Shown: positions 19,981-29,384 of the stretch, one piece after another | Layout: each line of letters begins with the position of its first letter | Position numbering within the stretch: position 1 is the stretch's first letter | Assembly (NCBI GenBank): GCA_965208325.1 | Contig: OZ242326.1 | Span: 1,024,001 to 1,088,000 of the forward strand | Direction: 5' to 3' | Length of the DNA: 64,000 nt | From: Candidatus Poribacteria bacterium | GTDB lineage: Bacteria; Poribacteria; WGA-4E; PCPOR2b | Notes under the pieces: generated by a model | What the model was told of the DNA's origin: nothing | What the model saw: only the letters and a program-made list of their open reading frames with translations | Database searches by the model: none | Translations under genes and position numbers: made by a program

Positions 19981-20134
19981 AAGCTGACAAGGGGGCTGAG
20001 CATCCTTTGCGATCTCCGTAGGTTTGAACGGTTACGTGTAATACCTGTTTGTGATTACTTATGTGCGAAACATTCAATGGTAACAATGCGCGCAAAGGGA
20101 TGAAGAGGGCGGTGAGGAAACTATTCGAAGGCGT

Positions 20135-20926
20135 TTAAGCCAACGCCCTGAGGCAATCGTCGTTTAGCGGACTCAACGGCGTAAAGTCGCGGTTGTTGTG
20201 ATGCCAAGCGCGTTCGGTGCCGGTGCACGCGTTGCTGACGGCGTTGTAGTTCAGGTACATGATCGCCCGCCGCCACGGCGAGACATTGTTCGCCGAGCCG
20301 TGCAGCAGGTTGCAGTGGACGAATGCCACAGATCCTGCGGATCCTACCAGTGCGTCAATACCGTTTTCGTCAGCGTATTGTTTCATTGTGTCTTGATCGA
20401 TGTGGTACAGGGAATAGCCGCTCCCCTTTGCGTCCACGTGCAGGCTTGAGTCCAGCGTACCGAGGCGGTGCGTACCCGGCACAACGAGGAGAGGCGACTT
20501 GGCAGCCGTGCAATCGTCGATAAACACCGATGCCATGATGCAGCGCGGTTCTTGCATGCCGTCGATGACTTTCCACGGCGGGTAATCCTGATGCCAGTCC
20601 CAGGAAGATCCCTTGCCGAGTCCGTACTTCGGGTTGATACGGCTCTGATGAAGATACACGTCATCTTTAAGTATTTGGCGCACCGGGTTCAGTATGCGCG
20701 GCAGCAGCGAAAGGCGCCGGAATGGTTCCGAATACACGTGCGCCCCAAAGACTAGCTTCGCTGCGTCCGAATCATCATTCTCACGCACCACCTCCGGTCC
20801 TCGCCGATTAAGAATCTCCGGCATGGCTTCCTGAAGAGTCTTCACCTCGTTCTCGCCCAGCAATCCCGGAAAGAACAGGTAACCCTGCTCCTCAAACTCC
20901 GCAATCTGCGCATCGCTAAGTTGCAT
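20135..20926 (-). CDS. PhyH family dioxygenase, ectoine hydroxylase (EctD)-like
   Basis: VYLHQSRIN.K, WDWHQDY..W...DGM..PR, VVPGTH, LLHGSANNVSPWRR. Confidence 0.8.
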   Translation of the reverse strand: MQLSDAQIAEFEEQGYLFFPGLLGENEVKTLQEAMPEILNRRGPEVVRENDDSDAAKLVFGAHVYSEPFRRLSLLPRILNPVRQILKDDVYLHQSRINPKYGLGKGSSWDWHQDYPPWKVIDGMQEPRCIMASVFIDDCTAAKSPLLVVPGTHRLGTLDSSLHVDAKGSGYSLYHIDQDTMKQYADENGIDALVGSAGSVAFVHCNLLHGSANNVSPWRRAIMYLNYNAVSNACTGTERAWHHNNRDFTPLSPLNDDCLRALA

Positions 20927-21238
20927 TAAACCCTTCCAAATCTCCGAAACTCGAAGCGAATTCCCTTAACCGTGTCTACAAGTGCTGCAACCTCGCCTAA
21001 GCCCTCCTTAGCAAGGATGGGAATGATTATTGGTAGTTCTTGTAGGTTGGGTTGAGCGGTGTTAACGAACCAACGCATGTACGCCGTGTGGGTCACAATT
21101 TTGGATTGCGTTCAATTCTTGAACTGATGAAGCGTAACCCAACGTTTTTTGTTAATTGCGAAATGCATAATTGACCGGTAGCCGCAGTATACGAAAAGTT
21201 TTCCCATTTATGGACAATCAATTTATTTTTGCATCGTT

Positions 21239-21580
21239 TTAGCCTTCTTGAACAACAACTCCCGCTGACTTTAACTTTTTCGTTACAAGCGCGTAAAGGC
21301 TCATACCTGCTTCCGCAGCTTCATTTGACAATGAAGTGTAAAGTTGCGCATCAACCGGAATGTTAACAGTTCCCTCATACCCATCCCGAGATGGCGTTTT
21401 TGGCAATGTTTCATTGTGTTTCCGATAACTCTCTTTAACCCCTCTCCAAGCCAAGGCGAGCTCTTGCACGGCCTTCTCTGGTGTGTCTGAAAATGCGGAC
21501 ACATTGGGCATTTCAACCAAATGTGCCAAATAATCTCCATCTTCGTCAAGGAAAACGTTGACCGCAAATCCATCAAACAT
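21239..21580 (-). CDS. hicB: HicB-family antitoxin with RHH-like C-terminus
   Basis: DEDGDYLA...EMPNVSAFSDTPEKA..EL..A, followed by YEGTVNI; directly downstream of hicA. Confidence 0.8.
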   Translation of the reverse strand: MFDGFAVNVFLDEDGDYLAHLVEMPNVSAFSDTPEKAVQELALAWRGVKESYRKHNETLPKTPSRDGYEGTVNIPVDAQLYTSLSNEAAEAGMSLYALVTKKLKSAGVVVQEG

Positions 21581-21584
21581 ATCT

Positions 21585-21827
21585 TTACTCAATTTTCGTC
21601 TCCTCATAATATTGTTTAAGGAATTTCTTTACTTGATACCCTTTCGCTCGTGCCCTTTTTGACTGGATTGGCAGACGATAGCCCCGTGGGGAATACCAGA
21701 TGCGATGGCTGCCAGTCTGATGGTCAAAGGTCCACCCACATTGCGAAAGCAAAGTTTCAAATTCACGAAAGCGAACGCTATTTGGATTATTCCTCGCCTT
21801 TGCTAATAGCCTATCTATTCTCCGCAT
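21585..21827 (-). CDS. hicA: HicA-family toxin (mRNA interferase)
   Basis: NPNSVRFREFETLL..CGW, GSH catalytic His, AKGYQVK. Confidence 0.85.
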   Translation of the reverse strand: MRRIDRLLAKARNNPNSVRFREFETLLSQCGWTFDHQTGSHRIWYSPRGYRLPIQSKRARAKGYQVKKFLKQYYEETKIE

Positions 21828-22199
21828 AAATACATGAACATCTCCGTGCACTAAAAATCTGCACTCGCATCATCTCATTTTATCACTAGTCGATCAACGG
21901 AGCGAATGACAAAGATGACAGTTATTCCAGAATTCCAAGATGTCTAAATCTGATCGAACCAAAGCACAAATGTCAAATCTAACCGATGCAAATTCAAGAT
22001 AGGACAAAAACGTGTTGGGATTTTCTAAGATTAGGGGAAATCGCAAATCGAATTGTCCCCCAACATAGAATTGTAATGCTGGACATTTTTCATTGATTCC
22101 GTTTAACCCAACCTACGAACGTTTGAGTTCGCGCACATTCTACAGCCATATCTCCTGTGCCGCGTGCAGATTGAAAAATCTCAGACATCTTGTACCGTG

Positions 22200-22769
22200 T
22201 TATAACCTACCCAGCAGCTCCTGTTTCTTGGATTCAAACTCGCCTTCGGTGAGGATGCCTTCGCCTTTCAATGCGGCGAGTTGCCGAATTTGCTCGAGAA
22301 CATCAACGTCGTCATCGGCGCCGGTAATTGCCGGCGGCGTCTCCTCATCCGGTTTCGTGCCAAACACCCCGGCTCGTGAAAGCGCCCATACACACCCGAC
22401 CAACAACCCCACCAGCAATACCTTCATGTGCAAAGCGTGCACGGGGGGCCACGAAGACGAGGAGTATGTAACTTGTAACGGGAGTGAATCTTGAATTACG
22501 AATTCAGGTCCGCTTCCATAAACCAAAACGAGGCAAACCAAAAGCCCCGCCAAGGTCGGCACGACAAAAGCAATGCGTACCTCCCTGCGTTCGATTGCCC
22601 AGCAAACCCCAACACACAGACCAAACAGCACCCCGCCCCAAAGCCAAACATCATTCGACTCGGGATTGTAGCTGCCGTTTATCGATAAAAACAATGACAC
22701 GCCTATCGCAAACCCAACGCAGCATACAAGTACCTTCAGGACTGCTACTGCCAGCTTTCCAAATTCCAT
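22200..22769 (-). CDS. Membrane protein (about 4 TM) with C-terminal SHOCT domain
   Basis: Ends EQIRQLAALKGEGILTEGEFESKKQELL; AGGAGG RBS. Confidence 0.8.
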   Translation of the reverse strand: MEFGKLAVAVLKVLVCCVGFAIGVSLFLSINGSYNPESNDVWLWGGVLFGLCVGVCWAIERREVRIAFVVPTLAGLLVCLVLVYGSGPEFVIQDSLPLQVTYSSSSWPPVHALHMKVLLVGLLVGCVWALSRAGVFGTKPDEETPPAITGADDDVDVLEQIRQLAALKGEGILTEGEFESKKQELLGRL

Positions 22770-22898
22770 CTTAATCTGTCCTCCTAACTGTTAAATGGAA
22801 AAACCAATGCATTAGCCCCGACAATCTTGCGTGTTTCAACATCTCGTCATAAATGCGCTAGATTTCGGGGTCGAAGGCCGTACTTCCGCTGTAATAAC

Positions 22899-23417
22899 CT
22901 AAAGTCTACCCAACAACTCGTGTTTCTTAGATTCAAACTCTTCGTCGGATAGAATGCCATCGTTTTTCAACTCCCCGAGTTCCCGTATCTGTTCGATGAC
23001 ATCGACTCCGGAGACTCCGGATGCTTCATGCGGGGCAGCCTCATCCTGTTTCGGCGCGAATGCCCCGAATCGTGAGAGCGCCCATACGCCCGCAATCGCC
23101 AACGCCAGAATTAATAACAGCGGTATGTCCGCAGGGCTCCAGCGGGGCGGACTATCTTCGTAGCTTGACAAAACCACCCAAAAGGCTAACAATCCCACTA
23201 GCAGCGGCATAATGAACGCAATCCGCATTTCTACGCGTCCGCTTGCCCAACATATCCCAACACACAGTCCAATCAATACGCCTCCCAAACCCCATAATAA
23301 ATACAACTCATGATCGGGATACGAACTTAACGACCAAATCAGCATTCCAGCAAACCCGAATCCAACAATACACGTGATTACCTTCGTGATGCCTAATGCA
23401 ACTCGACCAGTACTCAT
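22899..23417 (-). CDS. Paralogous membrane protein with C-terminal SHOCT domain
   Basis: Ends EQIRELGELKNDGILSDEEFESKKHELL; shares GLCVG.CWA and WALSR.G.F with 22200. Confidence 0.8.
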   Translation of the reverse strand: MSTGRVALGITKVITCIVGFGFAGMLIWSLSSYPDHELYLLWGLGGVLIGLCVGICWASGRVEMRIAFIMPLLVGLLAFWVVLSSYEDSPPRWSPADIPLLLILALAIAGVWALSRFGAFAPKQDEAAPHEASGVSGVDVIEQIRELGELKNDGILSDEEFESKKHELLGRL

Positions 23418-23574
23418 AGTATTTCTCCTCCTTACAGTAACGGATTGAGGTTAAAAGCGCTGTGTCTACGGTCATTCAACTGCTTACTGACTTACCACCA
23501 AACTCTGTCTCACTGATTGAAATTCCTGTACGGAAGGGTTAAACGTGCTTGGGAATTACCGACATTGCTGGAAG

Positions 23575-24387
23575 TCAGTAGTCGACAACGCTGCAAAATT
23601 GAAAAAGCTCACGTGCGCGCTCCGATAGCCCGTCGTATGTCTCCGGCGGCACCTTTATCGGGCCGCCGATACTCATCCACCACAACGTATAGCAGACCAC
23701 AATTTCGGGACGCGGCGAATCGGAAGTGTTTGGGGTTCCTCGATGCAATATGCGGGGATCTTGTATCCACATCGTACCTTTTTTCACATTCAGCCGCTGC
23801 GCGGACGGAAAATTCCCTTGCGTCAACACCTCATCGTACCGCCCTTCTAGGTCGGGATTCGCGAGATACTGCGATGAAGGCAGCACCTCAATACTGCCGT
23901 TCTCCTCGGAAGTGTCCACGAGCGGGAACTTAACGCCTATTGACGGACACGTGTCAAGCCCGACATGCGGGATTTCTTTTGCAAGTTCGACGTCTCTATG
24001 CCAAGGCTGAAACTCGCTGCCCGGATACGGGTTGTTGGAGTGAAAACACTTGATGTAAAAATCGTCTCTGTCCCAATAACGCCGGAGGAATTCCAGTATA
24101 ACCGGGTTCTCGTACACCTCCGGGTCCGCGAACGGCGGCACCCACGGGATGGTTAGTGTGTAACGGTTGACCATCTGTTGGCGCCCATACCCGGTACGCA
24201 GCTCGCCCCACTCTTTGGGCGCGATACCGTCTTCCCGCGTTCTGACGTGTTCAAGCATCGGCAGAAACGCTTCTCGGACGCGGTCTACCGTCGCGGCGGA
24301 CAATACATCCTCAATCACCGCGAAGCCGTTTATCCTGAACTCGGATACTTTAAGATCTAAATCTACGTCTTCACATCTTACAGTCAT
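23575..24387 (-). CDS. PhyH family Fe(II)/2OG dioxygenase
   Basis: GGAGG RBS; QPWHRD, FPLVD...ENG.IEVLP, HRGTPN.S..PR. Confidence 0.8.
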   Translation of the reverse strand: MTVRCEDVDLDLKVSEFRINGFAVIEDVLSAATVDRVREAFLPMLEHVRTREDGIAPKEWGELRTGYGRQQMVNRYTLTIPWVPPFADPEVYENPVILEFLRRYWDRDDFYIKCFHSNNPYPGSEFQPWHRDVELAKEIPHVGLDTCPSIGVKFPLVDTSEENGSIEVLPSSQYLANPDLEGRYDEVLTQGNFPSAQRLNVKKGTMWIQDPRILHRGTPNTSDSPRPEIVVCYTLWWMSIGGPIKVPPETYDGLSERARELFQFCSVVDY

Positions 24388-24420
24388 GAATCCTCCGCCG
24401 GTCAACGGAAAAACTGTTTT

Positions 24421-24452
24421 GAAACCGAGTTTTTTCCCCAAAACTCGGTTTC
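24421..24452. repeat. GAAACCGAGTTTT...AAAACTCGGTTTC hairpin (REP-like)
   Basis: Perfect inverted arms just upstream of the PhyH gene start at 24387. Confidence 0.6.
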
Positions 24453-24722
24453 TCAAAACTTACAAAAAGCCGTCAATCGCATTGTGACCCTGGCTTTAGA
24501 AACCAAGTAGGTTTTCAAAACGCGGTTGCTCCGCCATGCGATGCAGGTATAGGCAAAGATTAAAGCATAACACGTGCAAACTTGATTTTATCATAGCACA
24601 TTTCCACCCGTCCAGAAAAACAGGAAATCGATTCCGCATTTCTATGTGCCGATCGAGCGGTTTGTGCTATCATACCGGTTGTGCTAAATTCAGAATTCAA
24701 CCTGAGAAAAGGAGAATTAGAT

Positions 24723-24932
24723 ATGCGGCACGAAAAATGGAGTTGCCCCAAATGCAGCAACAATGAATTCGAGACAGATGTATTTCAAGCAACAGGCGGT
24801 GCATTCGCCAAGGTGTTCGATGTCCAAAACAAGAAGTTTACTACCGTGTCATGTACGCAATGCCAATACACTGAAATCTACAAAGCGGATACATCCCGCC
24901 TCGACAACATCTTCGATTTCTTCACCGGTTAA
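24723..24932 (+). CDS. Small zinc-ribbon protein (DUF2082-like)
   Basis: CPKC...FAKVFDVQNKKF..VSCTQCQYTEIY...IFDFF; AAGGAG RBS. Confidence 0.8.
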   Translation: MRHEKWSCPKCSNNEFETDVFQATGGAFAKVFDVQNKKFTTVSCTQCQYTEIYKADTSRLDNIFDFFTG

Positions 24933-25145
24933 GCGTGTGCCGAGGACTGGTGTAAAGAAATCTTTGGATTGGTACAGCTAAACCAATATTCTTTATTCAT
25001 GCCACCGGTTCGATTTCGTGACCGAACCGGTATTCATCCAGTCCGCGGGCGTGCCTGGAAATGTACGTACCAATTCATGTGTAAATTGGAAACGGTTACA
25101 GCTACCGCAGCCGCATTTCGGTGTTATATCTGCCCCTCAAAGTCG

Positions 25146-25386
25146 AAATGTCCGATAATTAACCTTATCGGACGTTTTAACCCCCGAAAACGTCCGATAA
25201 GTGGAAACGTTCTCCGAAAAAGTTCGTTTTTTAAGTCACAGTTGTCGTCGGGTCAGCGGGCGAAACCGCAAAACCGATTCGCCGGCAACCCCGATGTAGA
25301 CTGACTTTCCAGCCATTTTTCAAATTCCAATATACTACGGCGGGAATACTGTAGAATTACTGCTTTGAAAAAACACGTCCGATAAG
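25146..25386. promoter_or_regulatory. Tyrosine-recombinase binding/recombination site: 13-6-13 core plus two accessory direct repeats
   Basis: aaatgtccgataa-ttaacc-ttatcggacgttt at 25146-25177; further acgtccgataag copies at 25190-25201 and 25375-25386. Confidence 0.8.
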
Positions 25387-25397
25387 GAGAACACAAA

Positions 25398-26300
25398 TTG
25401 AACGACAATTTACAAGACTACCGAGACTATCTGTACGATTTAGACAAGTCCGAGAAGACAATTCAAGCCTACATGACGGATTTGCGTTCATTTTCGCACT
25501 GGTTCGAGACAGAGACGGGAGAATCGATTGACCCGGAGAACATCACACCGCTAGATGTAATCGACTACCGCAAAGATATGCTCGATCAGGGCAGAAAACC
25601 GTCAACCATTAACCGCCGCTTAATCAGCATCTCCAGCTTCTGCCAGTGGGCGCGCGAAAACGACCTGATACCCAATAACCCGGTTGAAGGTGTTCGACCC
25701 GTGGCTGAGGAGCCGCTTGGCCCCGCCGCGCTAGAACGTAAGCAACAACTCGCGTTGATCAGGACGGTTCGGAGATCAGGAAATATTCGGGATCTGGCGA
25801 TTATCACGACCTTGTTACACACCGGTATACGCGTAAACGAACTCTGTAACCTTCACGTTTCTGATATTATTATATCTGAGAATAGCAATATGATTACAGT
25901 CCGCCAAGGCAAAGGTACGAAGCGGCGGACAATCCCGTTAAACCCAACTGTTGTCCGCATTTTAAAGGACTATTTGGAGTCACAAAACGGCAAGGGTACT
26001 CGGACCACTGCGACACAGCTCGAGGCGTCTGAGTTCCTGTTTTACGGACAGAAACGAACGCCGCTGACCGACCGCGGCGTACGTTATATTATCAAAAAAT
26101 ATGCGTATATTGCAAAAATAGAGCATGTATCACCGCATTCGCTTAGACATACCTGTGCTAAGAACCTTATTGATGCTGGACAGCCTATCGATAGAGTCGC
26201 AACAATTCTCGGACATTCAAGTGTTAACACAACCAAAATTTATACAATGCCTACAGAACGAGATTTACAAAAGACTATGGACAGCATTGCGTGGGAGTAA
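25398..26300 (+). CDS. Tyrosine recombinase/integrase (XerC/D-like size, N-terminal SAM-like domain)
   Basis: HTGIR, GKGTKRR, HSLRH, LGH, TKIY give a full catalytic set; TTG start after AGGAGA. Confidence 0.93.
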   Translation: MNDNLQDYRDYLYDLDKSEKTIQAYMTDLRSFSHWFETETGESIDPENITPLDVIDYRKDMLDQGRKPSTINRRLISISSFCQWARENDLIPNNPVEGVRPVAEEPLGPAALERKQQLALIRTVRRSGNIRDLAIITTLLHTGIRVNELCNLHVSDIIISENSNMITVRQGKGTKRRTIPLNPTVVRILKDYLESQNGKGTRTTATQLEASEFLFYGQKRTPLTDRGVRYIIKKYAYIAKIEHVSPHSLRHTCAKNLIDAGQPIDRVATILGHSSVNTTKIYTMPTERDLQKTMDSIAWE

Positions 26301-26385
26301 TATTCCAAATTATAGTACGTTCCTATTATTTGGAATTACAAATTCTTTAACTGTAAATGTTTATTATATTCCTTTCGAATTATTA

Positions 26386-26415
26386 TTGACATGATGTATC
26401 CCTGCATGTTATTAT
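26386..26415 (+). promoter_or_regulatory. Sigma70-like promoter TTGACA-N18-TATTAT with extended TG
   Basis: Located in the AT-rich region upstream of the gene at 26504. Confidence 0.45.
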
Positions 26416-26503
26416 TTTTGTATTGTAGCAATTAGCGCCGTCTTAAATCACATATTTAGTGATTTCACTCATTCAACTTTCGGAAATAGCATAAATCCAG
26501 AGG

Positions 26504-26899
26504 ATGCATATGAAAGAATATCGACAGGCAAAAAACTCACTAAAGAAACAGGTAAGCCTATTGTTACCGATTGAAGTTTACGAAGGTGCCAAACGCGATT
26601 CGCAACGATACAATAGGTCGATGGCATACCACATAGTTGAAACGCTTCGTTTAACCTATAGCAAATCGATCGAAGAAATACTAGCGGAAAAAGAAGCGGC
26701 TGCCCAACAGAGAATCCTGCATGAGCTGAAGGAAAGGGCGGCTGCCGCGGGTAAATCTGAGGAGTTAATTCAGGCGATAGAAACGGTGTTCAACCGATTT
26801 GCCCAAGTCAAAACGTCAAATGACTTTACCGAAGATTTTCAAAACGACATTATGACCTTCGCAGCGATGATGCTAGAAGGAGAAACTGTTACACAGTAG
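26504..26899 (+). CDS. Hypothetical protein with Arc/ribbon-helix-helix-like N-terminus
   Basis: KQVSLLLPIEVYE.AK..S....RSMA..IVE.L pattern. Confidence 0.55.
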   Translation: MHMKEYRQAKNSLKKQVSLLLPIEVYEGAKRDSQRYNRSMAYHIVETLRLTYSKSIEEILAEKEAAAQQRILHELKERAAAAGKSEELIQAIETVFNRFAQVKTSNDFTEDFQNDIMTFAAMMLEGETVTQ

Positions 26900-27363
26900 C
26901 GAAATTGTCGGGAGACATGCGCTGCGTACTGCTTGAGCTATCCGCTTAACCTTCTCCATGATTCTAACGGGAAGCTAGAAGGAACGATATAAGCACTCCC
27001 GCTCTCCAAAGAGACGCTGGCAAATGGAACATTTCATCCACCCCCTGTCGAATGGGAGCTAGAGGGATCGAAATTAACACCCTGCCCTTATTACGGCAAA
27101 AAGATAACTCGCCGGTGGTGAAACTCATTCTAATATCCTGAATCTGACTGTGACGCGTGTGCTACACCTTTGTATCACTGCTACAACAGTTCTCTCCTGC
27201 ATAACCTCACCCACTACTAGAAATAGCCCGATAATTAAAGAGATTTGGCGTTGGCATCTAAATTGCTTTTTACCAAGCAATAGAAATCTCCGCTCCGAAG
27301 CGTTGCGGAGCAATCCTACCTTAAAGTAATTCCATTTCCCAATTGAGTACGGAGGTAAGTCTG

Positions 27364-29310
27364 ATGAGCGTTCGCCCCATTTCTCGACCGAAGGTTGTTT
27401 ACATCCGTTTCGTTACCAGGATCGCTACGGCGGTGCTGCTATTCATCCCGTGTTCGGTACAAGCGATTAATTTCGCCGACAAAATCGTGTATGTTTCCGA
27501 CCTCGGCGTAACACCCGATATGTTTCTAGTTGAAGGATTGGACGGCAATCCGACTCAACTCACGCGCAATATGTTCGTAAGTTCGCCCACAATTTCACCT
27601 GACGGTGCTGAGGTCGCCTTTGTGTCCAGTCCACCGGGAGGACAATCGGATATTTTCAAATTGCACATCGCAGCCGATCGAGTTGAAAAACTGACGGGCA
27701 ATGCCGAATGGGATGCCAGATTCACCGATCTCGATTGGTCGCCCGATGGACAACAAATCCTCTTTATCACGTCAATAGGTGCACAAGGCGGCGATCAAAC
27801 ATACCTTAGCGTAGTGAATATGAACACTCACGACATACGGCATATTCTTCAACCGGACCTACCGACTCGTATTTCGAATCCCAGTTGGTCGCCCGATGGC
27901 CGGCGCATTATATTTAGCCAAGAAGATGAGGGGCGTCTTCACGACAGGCTATTTATTACTGACGACAAGGGGAACAACGTCATCGAGGTAAGGCAAAGAG
28001 AACTCGAATTCTTGACCGATGCGTCGTCTGTTCACGTCAATACAATCCCTGCATGGTCGCCGAGTCAGCGCGAAATTGCCTACGTCACGTTAATTGAAAT
28101 CAACCGCACTGCGCCCAATCCGATTCAAATTTATTCGATGAACCTGGCTGATGGCAGCGCTGCGGCGTTAACATCTGAAAAAACGATGCACAGTATACCG
28201 CTGGCTTGGAGTCCGGATGGGTTGAAATTTCTGTTCGCCGCTTTACCATTCGATCAAGAAGCTGAATCGAATGACATCTATGTCATGGACGCCAATGGAA
28301 AAAATATGACAAATTTGACGCAGTCGCCGGAACATGAAGGAACTGCACACTGGTCGCCTGACGGAAGCGAGATTGTCTACGCGAGATTAACCGAAGAGCG
28401 TAATAGCACAATCTTCGTGATGAATGAGACCGGTAAAAATCCACAGCAATTGACGTTTGAACTCGGATTAAATGCAGCTCCATTCTGGTCTCCGGATGGG
28501 GAAAAAATCGTCTTCCTATCAGATCGTGACGGCGCGAGGCAAATCTATACGATGGACCGCGACGGCGAAAACGTCCAACAAATCACGGAAATCCAACGCG
28601 AATTCGTCGGGGCGCCGGCTTGGTCGCCGGATGGCAAATGGATAGCATTCGCGTCTGGCGATAAAGACAGTTGGGGGCTTTATCGCATCGACCCACAAGG
28701 CCTCAAGGAAACGCCCATTTTACGTTCGAAAGTGAATCAACTTGATGGTCGGGCTATGTTCCGCCCTGCGTGGTCGCCCGATAGTCAGAACCTCATTTAT
28801 GTCGACCCTGAAGCAAACGATAATGTCGGTCTAATGCGAATTCAAACTGAAGGAGGCTTGCCAACCCAGTTAAACACTGACGGAATAGAATTCTGGTGGA
28901 GCCCTGTTTGGTCGCCGGACGGAAACAGCCTCCTCTTCAGTGCGCAAAGGAATGAAGACGGCCCTTTCTTTGCCGATCAAATGCTTGCGCTATACTTGAC
29001 CAACCCCAATACTTCGGTACAAAGGGAGATTTTTCTTAGGGGCATTGACCACTTAGATTTTAAATCAGAATGGAATTTTCGCCGGTTAGTGTGGGCGCCA
29101 GACCGCTCACATCTCTTGTTGTCAATCGAGCGGAAACGGGTAGGCACTCAACAGGAAAATAGGCTATATCTGATTGATACCATGAATGAAAACGCCAGCT
29201 TATGGATGAAAGACGCGGGCGATGCGGATTGGGTCAAGCCGGGCTATGTGTATGCCGTGAACCCCAGCGGAAAACGGATTTCAACATGGGCTGAACTGAA
29301 AAAACGCTAG
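27364..29310 (+). CDS. TolB-like (PD40 repeat) beta-propeller protein, secreted
   Basis: More than 10 P.WSPDG repeats; ends AVNPSGKRISTWAELK. Confidence 0.85.
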   Translation: MSVRPISRPKVVYIRFVTRIATAVLLFIPCSVQAINFADKIVYVSDLGVTPDMFLVEGLDGNPTQLTRNMFVSSPTISPDGAEVAFVSSPPGGQSDIFKLHIAADRVEKLTGNAEWDARFTDLDWSPDGQQILFITSIGAQGGDQTYLSVVNMNTHDIRHILQPDLPTRISNPSWSPDGRRIIFSQEDEGRLHDRLFITDDKGNNVIEVRQRELEFLTDASSVHVNTIPAWSPSQREIAYVTLIEINRTAPNPIQIYSMNLADGSAAALTSEKTMHSIPLAWSPDGLKFLFAALPFDQEAESNDIYVMDANGKNMTNLTQSPEHEGTAHWSPDGSEIVYARLTEERNSTIFVMNETGKNPQQLTFELGLNAAPFWSPDGEKIVFLSDRDGARQIYTMDRDGENVQQITEIQREFVGAPAWSPDGKWIAFASGDKDSWGLYRIDPQGLKETPILRSKVNQLDGRAMFRPAWSPDSQNLIYVDPEANDNVGLMRIQTEGGLPTQLNTDGIEFWWSPVWSPDGNSLLFSAQRNEDGPFFADQMLALYLTNPNTSVQREIFLRGIDHLDFKSEWNFRRLVWAPDRSHLLLSIERKRVGTQQENRLYLIDTMNENASLWMKDAGDADWVKPGYVYAVNPSGKRISTWAELKKR

Positions 29311-29384
29311 CGCCTTGATGATTCATGCAATCAGACTCCACTAAGGAGAACAGAGTTCCCAATCAAATCCCAGGAGGACGACAA

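Larger units (their letters stand above)
21042..22116. repeat. Inverted pair of about 110 bp GTAGGTTGGGTT REP-like elements (21042-21150 and 22004-22116) flanking hicAB
   Basis: gtaggttgggttgagcgg vs the reverse complement of ccgtttaacccaacctac match 16/18; each element ends in cccaac plus a T-run. Confidence 0.65.

Noticed and set aside
20135..20926. Ectoine biosynthesis locus
   Set aside because: No ectABC nearby, and the EctD signature is only partly matched.
25146..25177. Chromosomal dif site
   Set aside because: The arms are symmetric, lack the TTATGTTAAAT XerD arm, and recur beside a dedicated recombinase gene.
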